Origin: Lytechinus pictus
Taxonomy: Eukaryota
Assembly: GCF_037042905.1 (NCBI RefSeq)
Contig: NC_087246.1
Span: 6,202,001-6,262,000, forward strand
Reading direction: 5' to 3'
Length of the DNA: 60,000 bases
Below, in pieces: positions 13,401-25,400 of this stretch. The position numbers were made by a program, and so were the translations under genes. Position 1 is the first letter of the stretch; each line of letters starts with the position of its first letter. Under the pieces are notes generated by a model. It had not been told where the DNA came from and searched no databases. It saw only the letters and a list, made by a program, of their open reading frames with translations.

Positions 13401-16400
13401 TTTTTTGCCTCATATTTTGCATGTATATCACATTGTCATTAAGGCCCTACACATTGTAGTTTATTGTTAACATTTAATTCGTTTAACATCAAGACATCAA
13501 AAAGTTGTAAATTTTTTATGATCATGATAATAACTGATATTTAGCAGTCTTGTTAATACGTAGGCCTGTTGTTATTTTCCCTTAATGGTGATTAAGAAAG
13601 GCTTAAGCAAAGCATTTGCAAACGTTAGAATAAACCAAGAGAGGACATTGAATAATGCAAAAGTTAGCATAAACCGAATTCCCAGCTTACAACTCAAACA
13701 ATAACTTTACCTTCTATTACGGGGGTCCTTATCCTCTCCACTTACTGATTCTCTGCGTTTTACATCGTACAATAATTTGTAAACAATAAATTTATAAGCG
13801 GTGTGGAAAGGAAAACACAATGATGACAATACGAATAACTCACACATTAAGAAAAATAACTCCGAAATTCTGGCGAAAGATAACTTTCATGCGTATTTGT
13901 TGTTTACCAGTTTTGTATCTTTTAGAATAATCGACTGGACAAATTATTTTTGTGAGCTTTTGGATTGTTGCGAATAATTCAATTCTTTCCACCGTGACTA
14001 TTTTTCATTTTCCCAATTTTTCTTAATATGTGAGTGCACCATTGAAATGCAATCGATTACTCCTACTGTTGAACAGTGAAGGGAAAACAAGTGGGCGTGG
14101 TGCGAGGAGGGGGTTCTAGATGGTAGTAATGGGACTGGGATGGTTGTGCGGCAAGTTCCAATTAGGGACTGGCAAACTTGGGAGCGATAAGAAAGGGATG
14201 GGGGGGGGGGGGGGTTAGCGAGTGACGATGAAAAGTGTAGGCGGGTATCAAGGCCTTGGTTAATGACACTTATTATCAATGAAAGGTGGACCTTAGATTT
14301 TAGGAGGTGTGGGGATATACCCCTCCCTTAATTGGTTTACCGGACTTCTTAGCTGTTGTTATGTTTGGCACGTGTAGATAGCGACATCCAGATAATCAAA
14401 ATCCGTTTTTACTCACATATATGTCTCCACATTTAAAGGAGTATTGTTCATATTATAACTATTTATATGTAAATTTGCAATAAATAGTATAGAAACTTGT
14501 GAGAATTAGAGAATAAGCATTGAACCACAGTTTCATATAATAGCAAGTTTTATTTTTTGCAAATCAAAATAATATCCATTGCCTCTACATAATCAAAGCA
14601 ACATTTCGAAATGTATAACGTTACAAGATTTGCCTATATTGACCAAATCGGATTGCATTATCAAATTATAGATTTCTACATTGCTTTTCCAGCATCAGAA
14701 CCGATAAAATAGAGGAATGCCATTAAAGATTACAACAAGAGTAGTGAGGCAAATAGATACCCTAATACTTTAATATAACAATAAAGTTTTTGAAAGGCAT
14801 CATTCTAACATTCATGAATTATGATACAACTGTTGATTAGATTTTAACTTACATCATTAAAATAATATTCCAATAATTTCAATTTTACAAGCAGTGCTAG
14901 CTCAGTCTTCATGTAATTTTCAAGCAGTGCATAATGTGACTGTTGGAGGATCTTGTCAGACTAGGCCAGAATTGACAAAAACATCCGTTGTGACGCCATA
15001 AAACGAAGGGAGAACTGGGCTGTGAGGGGGATTTAAAGTAGGGGTGTGATGTCAATGAATTCGCTGGCAGGGGAGGAATCATGCATTTTGGTTATAATTT
15101 CAAATATTAATTCTTAAGATGATAAAAACTATTTACCTGCTTGGACCATCTCCTTCACCGTCTCGGGAAAGTTCTAGAAGATAGTTGCCAAATTCCTGAT
15201 AAAGATGAATAAAGGATATTAGGGGAAAATTGGAGAGAGAGTATTCCATGATTACGGTAAAGAAATGTAAAATGTATACCAAACGGACTTCATGAATATA
15301 TCTACAAACACATACGTGTAAACTCTACCGATATCAATTCTATATGTTTTTAAATGATGATGGTGCCTGTTATAGAGGCTTATAAGGACATTTCATCATG
15401 GCATGAAATATACGCTTAACCCTATTCTGCTTCTTCTTTTTTTATCATATCAGGTCTGTTTGGTTGAATGGCTATCAAAACTATGGCATTCTAATGTTTT
15501 TTACCTAGGTGAATGAACAAGGCCGATAAAATACTATACCTCTCCGTTCTCAGGTGGATCTCCGTTACCAAATGTACTCGTGACGACAATAAGAAGGGAC
15601 TCGTGTTCGATGTTTGCGACGTCGTATTCTTCCATGTTCATCACCTAATTGTGAATGAAAAATGACCAATACAAACAGATCTTTATTAGATGCATACCTT
15701 TCGATATGGGTATCGGGTTTCGAACCGTTTCGATTTTCTATCACTTAAAAACCGCGATAGGCCTACTAGGTCCCTCAGATAGGTTCAAAACCAATCGGTC
15801 ATAATGATTCCTAGATGTTAGCCGCCAACCGGGTAACTAATTACCGTCATCTAAAACAAATTTTTAGCGATGAAAATTTTGGTTCAACTACGTGCACGCA
15901 GGAAAATCTGATTTAAAATACTTAATTAAATCAAGATATTTTAAATGCAATTCGGCTTCGAATCTTTAGACTATATATCATAGGAGCATCACATGCGTCA
16001 GTAAAAAGGAGAAAAAAAATATTTTGATAAGCAAAGATTTGATACCGCTAATATAAACCGAAGGAAAATTATTTGGAAGATCTCGTGAGAAAAGAGGAGG
16101 AAAAAAATAGGTCAGCGTATTAGGTCAAAGCAATATACTGATGGTCAAAAGCAGGTGCCTCGTTATTCTACGATCAAATGGGAAAAAGAGTACACGTATT
16201 TTTTGTTTGAAATAGCAATAACGCTGAAAATGGTCCAAAATACCACCCCTTCTCCGAACAAAACCCACTACATAAAAAACATACGTGCAAAGACATAAGG
16301 TGTTGTCTTCATTATGCATAAAATGCCGTTGCATAGATGTTAACACATTCATCATTCCAACGATAGATATAAAAATAAATCATTTCTTTCACATTCATAG

Positions 16401-19400
16401 GTCTGATCTCAGGAACATAGATGGAACAATGGTTTCGTTTGTTAAGAACGCTTGTTGTAACAAACATATTAATTCACATTCACTCGAGGTGTGAAAAAGG
16501 TCATAAGAAGATGTCAATAAACTGGCACAGCGAGTCTTAGGTCAGGGTGGGGGATTGGTATCAAAGAGGAAATAAAGTACAAGAGGAAGTCCTTAAGGGG
16601 GAACTACTAGTAATTATTTCTTCTTTTCGCCTTTTACCTTTTTTTCAGATAAAATTCTCTCTCACTCTTTCTGTTTGTAGGGGGGGGGGGGGCGGGCAAG
16701 TAGGGGGTTTTTGATAAATAAATGTTCCCCCAAATTACCCGTATGCTCGTCATTGCTTTATGACTTCAACAACATTAACCTGCCATCACACAGAACCGGA
16801 AACAGGTGTTATGATCTATTATCTATCTGACTTCTACCTAAGATCAAAAGTCACAAATATATATCTCTCTTATTGTAATAACAATCGCCTTGTTTGAACG
16901 AAGGGTTATCAACATGTGTACGTCATATTTTGACATGGAAGAATAAATCACACAATAATACGCAAATACATCGTGCATTATCGTCTCAGACTTTTCTCCC
17001 ATGACGTCAAAGTAGAGCTGATGTCTGCTCGGATAACTTTCATTTTTTGCAGCTATACAATTTTATCATTCTATCGTGTCAGTGTTTGTTTCAATACATC
17101 TTATCTTGTTCTATTTCCTGATCATATCATAATATGAGACAGTTCAATCTTAAAAAGTTAGATTAACCACAGACTTAACCCAGCCTTTTTGAAATATTTT
17201 GGTTTTTGTTTCTCTATCTTTGTTTTTTTTGTTGGGGGGGGGGGTTGCTTTGGGTGGGCTTAGAGTATCGTTACTTTTCTGGTTCTTGCCTTAGATTGAA
17301 TGCTGTTTTATCTTCAGATATAGTTAAAAGGGGATGAACTTATTATATCAAGTTTTATTGATGGTTCAAAACATATCCTGTTCCAAATTACTAAATCATT
17401 ATCTAGTTCTTACCTTTGCGTCAAAGGCATGTTTGAATATCTCACACAGTGTCTTGGCGTATTTCTCAGACTTGCCAGTCTCCGTGGCATACAATATTGT
17501 AGCTTTGATTCGCTTAGCCAAGGCCTTACCCATCATCTTCGTAGAGAACTTCACAGCCCTGTAAAAGACACACCACATGACTCCATAAAATATTCATTTA
17601 TTCGATTTCTATACATTCGAAAATTAAGATCAATGTTATAAAAATAAACCTTTATTTTTTCTCTTATTTCATTTTGATCAGGTGCTTTTTTCCTTGTCGT
17701 ACCTCCCAAATTAAGTTGAACAAAAAGAGAAAGTAATCACTTCTGAAGAAAATTCCTCTTCATCATTTTGACAATCTTTGGCAATGGATCTTTAATACTC
17801 TAAACAATCGCATTCCAATCAATATTTAGATGTAAATAGTTTTCTTTATAACCAATATCAATATTCTAGAAATTAAAAAAGCCCATATGAAGGTCCAACA
17901 ACTTCCCTATTGCCATGATTGCAACAGGTACACGTATTCTGACATCTTTTAAGCGATATAATATTGAAAAAAAAGAGGAATTTATGGGATGACTTTTTGA
18001 CTCACTTTGCAACCTCCTTGAAAGTGAGAAGCTTTCTTCTTCTTGGTTTATTCTCAGTTCCTGCGGTGTTGGTTTTCCATACGTGTGAATGCCATGGATC
18101 ATCCTACGAAATCAAAAACATAAAGCAATTTTCAGATTTTCGTGTTTATTTCCTATTGTTTTCAAGAATTTCTCATTAAAGTATTAACACCTTAAAAGTT
18201 AATTAAAACGAAGAATGGTATAGACAAAATAAAAAAGGAGTTATTAACTCTGTAATATAGAATTTCATAAATATACCATTTATTGATATAAATATCCACG
18301 ATTTACAATGCATGTTTTTCTACACTAGATCTCCAAAATATTTTTTATCAATTTTTTTCGTATTTTCTTTTGCATAGAACTTCTATTCTTCTGTTTTCAT
18401 AAGTTTTCTGTCTCCTTCATTCTTCTCAACGTCCTTCTAATCACCATCTTCATAAAATAATACAAACCAGTTACATATACAAAAGCATGAAAATCTAACA
18501 CCATCATTTTCATTTCAACGCCAAGCTATTTGGTACCACTGTAATAAATGGATCCGTATGAGTCAATCAAGACCCCTCCCTCTCACATTCCTCACCCCTC
18601 CCCAGTCCCCATGGTAACCGCATCTTACCTGATATTCATAGGATGGTTTAAGCTGGTAGTTAAGCATCTCTTGATGGAACACTGGTGTAATACTCCCTGA
18701 GATTGGAGGTACAATCCATACCCAATCGGCTGGGCATCCTCCTCGAAGTCTCTGCTCATTTTCCATGTGCTTCATAAACGATTCCGATGCTGAGTGATGA
18801 TCCGTGATCGTCACGTTCAGTTTCTAACAAGATACAAAAAATACGGCATCGTTGCTAATTGGCAGACACGTACAGAAGTATTATAATATAATTACGTTCC
18901 AATGAATACTACATAATTAAATACCTATACAACAACCGTTAATGTTTCTCCTTCTTGGAGGGAATTTGGGAACTCAATAAAGATCACACATGTAGTATGG
19001 TATGTATTCAATAAGAAAACTGGCAAAACAGTCCAAAGACTGAAAAATCCAGTGCACATTATAAACAAAGGCAAATTACAATATTATAAAGATGAAATAA
19101 AAGCAAAAAAATACAACCAACCGATAATCATATTACACAATAATAAAAGATATACCAACAAAAAAAAAAAAAAACTTTAAAAAGAAAGGTATTGATCAAT
19201 GAAGCATGTACAAACGTCAAGAAGTGTCTTCCACCTCCAAGCATGAAGAAGGCGCCACGAAGGCACGGAACTCTTGGTAGGCGAGTGAGTTGTAATACGA
19301 CGTTTGTACATGTTCAAATCACAAGAAAAGTTCACCTAAATAACTCGTAAAAAATAACAGTGACACGAACCAAAAATTACTCACGAAGATCACAGATAAA

Positions 19401-22400
19401 GATGGAACAGAACGAATGATGGTAAAAACGACAATTCCAAGTAAAATGTCATAAAATTGATAAAAATAGCTCAAAAAGCACAGAGCAAGATAAAAATACC
19501 AGGCAGCAGGTATATATTCCAAATTTATCAATTTAAATATTTCAAACTGGCCTCTGTCAGTATACTCAACAATGTAGTTCATAAAACAAAATAAATCTCA
19601 ACGTAACGATATCACCTGAACTAACGTAACGTTACAAGAGACGATTATAAATAACCGAGTTCGTAACTAAATCAATTGTCTATTTTTTCGTTAAAAAACA
19701 ACATTCTCAATTATATCAAGTGACATAACAGGACCATGTTGACACGCAGTTAATCTTATATCATCCTGTCATAGATATTTCAATTCTATCATTCCAATTA
19801 TCATTAAGAATTGTGAGCTCATGATTATCATTATTTTACCTGATAACTATATAAGACGGCAACGTTGGCTTCTACAAGAGCTTGGTCTTTCCACAGTGTT
19901 GCATTGGTACTAATATCAAGACCCATCTGAATACCGATGTTCTGTATGATAACAAAAATAATGTGATTTCATGTTTTGTTTCATTTCCAACACTTAAAAT
20001 ATACACCATTTTAGGTTGTAAATCATGAAAGGGATAATCTTTGAAATATATTTTTAACAATAATTGTGCAACAGAATGGCAACGGTTGGGACAGCTACTA
20101 AAAGCTTGCCGTAGAAATGATAGGGGAATTTATTGAAGAACAAAGTCAAAATAAAAAGGAGAAAGAGAAAATGAGAGGAAGAAGGAGAACATCGGAGATT
20201 TACACAGAGGATCAATGAATGAATGTTGAAACGTTTAGTTCTTTGAAAAACGACAGATTCGGTATACTTTAGTAATAAAATGCACGTTATACACGCACAT
20301 CCTTATTTTTTTAAGAATCTGCTGAAACCCCTGACATTCATCAAAAAAATATTAACGGTTGAACCGGGGTATCCCAACTTGAACGTGCATGTGATCATCA
20401 TAATTTCCGGTATTCCGGTTTTAAGAAAAGAGATATGTTATGAACATTCACTTTAAACGATGACATCAGAGCTACACCTAAGAACATGAGGAAATGAAAT
20501 GACATTAATTTACGTCATGTACCATCCATATACAATAACCAAGCACCTATCCGTTTTAAGCCACACCACTAAACGTCCTTCTTTCTGATATTCATAATAA
20601 ATATTTCATCGTCAATATTTCTAAATTTACGATATAGAAAGACGAACGTGAAATCCGGGTTAATTGCACTATAAGTATTATCAACATTGGGTAAAAAGGA
20701 AACATGCATCTTTGTTACACTGTTAAAAATCATGCATTATTATCATGGTTATTTAATTCACCCTTTATTTAAAAAAAATACAATTCACCGAATAAAATAT
20801 CAAACAAAAAATAATTCAAAAAGACCTGTTAGAGGGTTTTCGTTTCATCTAAATCTTACAAGCATTCTTCAATAAAGTGTAAACGATTTTATGCTACAGT
20901 CCCTACACATGCTTTGGGACAAATGTAAGTCTTTATCCTGAACAAGCTGAAACATAAATTCATAGGAAACTTCTGCATCATACAGCGAATTCAGATAAAT
21001 TAGAATGTACATGTCCCCATGGACTTTTATGATGGAATAGAAAATGTGTAAAAAGCTGACTTAGATGACAGTTTTATTACGTCAAAATAATAAGCATTTA
21101 GGCTAGCTGGGGTTCAACCACGATGACCAGCCCTGGATCGATATTCACGAGTGACAAATAGCTTGCCAGTTAATTTATCGATTCCATTATTTCGGGGAGG
21201 ATTTACAAACATTAAACTTATACACCAGTGAAAACAACAAATATATCCTGCCACAATTGATTTGGTTCATGATATAACAGAAGGAAAATACTTTTCAGCG
21301 ACAATAACTCTTTAGATAAATACGGATTACACCCCGGGTTATATCCATTTATTTAAAACTGCTAGAAGGCTTCAAATCTACTTTTAACTTTTAACAATTA
21401 ATTTGTTAGAATTGAACACAGTAAGTATGGTCAATATTTACAACCTCTTCATGTAAGGAGTTAATTGATGTCAACAATTGTAAGGAACTTCGAGTACCCC
21501 TTGATTCTTTTGCAATAAATTGAAAGAGGGAAGATTACGAAATACACATAATTAGTTGAAGCAGTCATTCGACCTGTTGCACTTTAGATTGTTTCCTGAT
21601 AAAACGTTATTAATTTTTTTTTTTTTTACAACCAATTCATAATCGATATTTACAACAAAAATAATGCACTGGGTATTTTATAATCGATTTGGAATTGTAG
21701 GGTAAATCCCCTGGAAACGATGGGTTAACAGTTGAATTTTATTGTACATTTTGGGCTGAAATAAAGGATGTATTGATGGGGCATTCAATGAAGCTTTTGC
21801 TCTTGGAGAACTTTCTGCATCACAAAAACAAGCAATTATTATTTTATTAGCTAAAGAAGGGAAAGACCCACATTACGTAAAGAATTATAGACCCATTTCG
21901 TTATTGAATACAGATTATTAGATCATATCCAAAGTTTTAGCAAAACGAATTAAAGAGGTTTTGGAAAGCGTTGTATTAGCAGATCAAATAGGATTTATTA
22001 AAAACAGGAATATAGGAGAAGCTATCAGATTAATTGATGATATGCTTTTTCATACATTATGTAATAATATCCCTGGGTATATGATAGCAATTAATTTAGA
22101 AAAAGCCTTTGATTCGATATCCCACAAATTTTTACATCAAACATTAGGTTCATTCGGTTTTGGCCAGCAATTTCGCAAATGGGTCAAAATATTGTATACA
22201 AATAGCCAAAGTTGTATTTTTGGGAGGTAGAACAACACTTTTTATCTTTTGTTCTCTCTTATCATTCATACATCTTGTTAATATTTCATTTTGTAAGTGC
22301 TGAAACGCATTAGTATTAATTTCTAGTATCTTTGAAGTTTGATGTATAATTTGTATAATTATATTTGTTATGGATTTATTGTATAATTTATAATCATGTT

Positions 22401-25400
22401 TCAAATAGTTTGTACAACTTGCTTATGGAATGTGAATGTTTATTTTGATTTGAGAGAATACAATAAAATACCTATAAAAAAAAAAGGGTAAACAGGTGAG
22501 AAAAAAATTCGGGCTCAAGATTTTATAGAAATAACAACTGACCAGGGGAATATTACAGAACAAATATGAAAAAAAAAATAAAACTAAACCAAACGAATTC
22601 AAAACAAATAGATTTTCTAAATTTAAATTCAGGATATACACTACTGGACCTGTTAGAATAGTTTCATTTTTTTTTATAAAAGAACAGGCCCTTTACTTTG
22701 TAACTATTTTAAAAGGTCCAATAGTGTGTGTCCTTATGGAAAATCAATGATCTTATTTTCATCCTTCTCCATTCTTATTATCCCGAATATCTCTCTCATT
22801 CCTAGGAAGTGTGACAGGTCTTTTTATTGGTCACCTTTTTATATAAGCCTTCAAAAATTCCATGGATATGATTTAAAATCAAAGTTACGACCTCTAGTTC
22901 AGCATATTAATAATTACGAAGACTTCGTTATAGCATTTACTAAATGTGGACCAATGCGTCATTCGGACAGAATTCCTTGATCCAACATTCTTAAATTTTA
23001 GTCATGACTTGCTGATTTCTATGATAACACAACACATCGCGGTTCACCAAAGTAAAACAAAGTGTATACTCAAAGTGTAAATACGAAATAGCATGGTTGC
23101 TAGGTTTTATGTCACTTTTATACAGATTTAAGCGGGAGTGATATAGGATTATAACCTTATCATTCTCTTTACGCCTTCTTCTCCTTTAAAGGTGATGAAA
23201 CTTCGCAATTAAAAACACCATACATGGATTTCAGTTTGAAAAGCTTTAACAGTGTGAGGGGAAAAGCAATCTGGGACAAACCGAGTGATCTTGAAGAATG
23301 TAAACAAACACATCAATATTTTTACTATATAATAGAACATGTCAAGGCTCGTGTCTCCGACAACTTTATTTTTATGTTCTTTGAATATTAGACTAGTAAT
23401 CAATTCGTTTATTTTCTAAACTGTGGTAGAAAATTAAGATAAGTGTTGATCGAATTTGTGATCATTAAAGCGTTGAGGTTAGTACCCACAGAAAAATCAC
23501 AACACAAACACAAAACAAGACATATTTAAGAGAGAGAAAAAAATTTATTGAGATACAGCTATAACTTTCCCAGGGTGTGGCTTATTTTGATAATACAGAC
23601 AAAAACTATATCTTAATTTCTAAACATCCGGTGACCTAAATATCAGGTTTTGTTTAAGGTCAGGTGGGTAGCATAATAAGCAAATAAATAACATCATATT
23701 TCTCAATCATCCATGTCGGTTAGATATGGGTTATGAGTATTATATTGATTCCCAGCATTTAAAATAAACACTCTCCCATCGGTCGATTGCTTGCTTGCTA
23801 GCCACAAACAACATCGTATACTTTTCAAAAATGTAATTCTACCAGAAAAGAATTAATTATTCGAAATAATGATAATGCAAAATCATTTGTTGAAATCATA
23901 TATCAAATTATTTTGTTCTTGTTTATAGGTGTGTTTACATAAAAAACCTATGGGAGCATTAAGGTCACACGTCAATCAACTGTTTTCCTCAAGCTATCTA
24001 TGAAGAGACAGCTTGTGAAAATAAATATCAGTGACCCCTGGGTCTACAATACCAATACTTCGTGTCTTTGATCGAAATGCATATGAACCGAATCGTGAAT
24101 TAAAAAAAAGAAAAGTGTCTCCATAAATACTTTACAATTATTTATTCGGTCATCAATAGTATACATAGATAATAAGTGTATTGTGTCCGGTAACGACAAC
24201 ATAAAGAACAACTAAGTATGATGATGACGATAATGATTCCAGTTCAGAAAACATGGTATGCAAAATTAGGAAGCCCATTGAGTGACAGACAATTTCTTGT
24301 CTTTTTATCCCATAATATCACATATTTCAATTTTCCTCCATTAATGCATAACCTGGTTTCATTTATCAGGAATAAAAAGTATTAAGTCATCATTATTTTA
24401 GTTTATTTAGGCGCAATGTAAAACTTGATGTTTTTTTTTCCTTTGACAGCAAAAATTTGCTTCCAATTATATTAAAAAATCGAATAAGATTAAATAGTCT
24501 GTAGACTTTTGATTACGTGTTCATTGACAACTTCACAACATAGCAAACCTATACCCAATATTCTAATGTGTCTTCCTTTTACTTGCACGTAAACCAATTA
24601 AGCCACACAATGTTGGTCAAAGTAAAAGCCTTGCTACCTATCTTGTTTTATGACTTATTATCAATTAATCCATTTGCCTACATCATGTAGCTGTTGAGTA
24701 TATCTTGACCATGGTCAGTGTAAATACTGTGTACCTTATCTCTTGAAAGAAGAGCCGTAATGTTTGCTCATTTAATCTTCTTACAAACTGTAAGGACGAT
24801 GAGTAAGATGATGTCTGGTCCTGGATGCACCCAACACCCCCCTACACACACACACACACACCCTCACACACACACACCTCATCACCCAAACACTACGCCT
24901 ATGACCACACCTGCGAAACTATCCGGGTTTTCCCCTGATAAGTTCTACTGAAATGGAAAGTGCATGGCGAAGGCCATGAATCAAGTCATGAACATGCTAT
25001 ATTGTACCTATGGTTTTTTGGTCATTACAATACAAAATAAAAACACAATTTTTAATGAAACAAAACCGGAAAATCACTTGTCATTTTCGCGGTTTATTAT
25101 ATTATTTGCACCTTTACGGATGTGTGAACATTTCCTATGAGATTGTGCGGTAAATGCGTATCATTGGACTATACTGTCAGTTGTCTTTCACGATTATTGA
25201 TATTAGTCACCATACTTTCATGTAAATGAACATTAAGAAAAGAATTTCCATGCACACAACACATTTTAAAGAAGGTAGCCTTGATTTTTTTTTAATCAAA
25301 TAAAACCTGCGTGTATGGTGACCCTATTACTTAGAATTGGAAATTAAAATTATCCATTTCTATTCCTATGGCATACTTCATATTTGTATCGATACATTGT

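Noticed and set aside
17670..17772. Intronic C/D box snoRNA (ATGATGA...CTGA on the minus strand)
   Set aside because: No terminal stem and no recognisable rRNA antisense element; low-complexity repeat-like content
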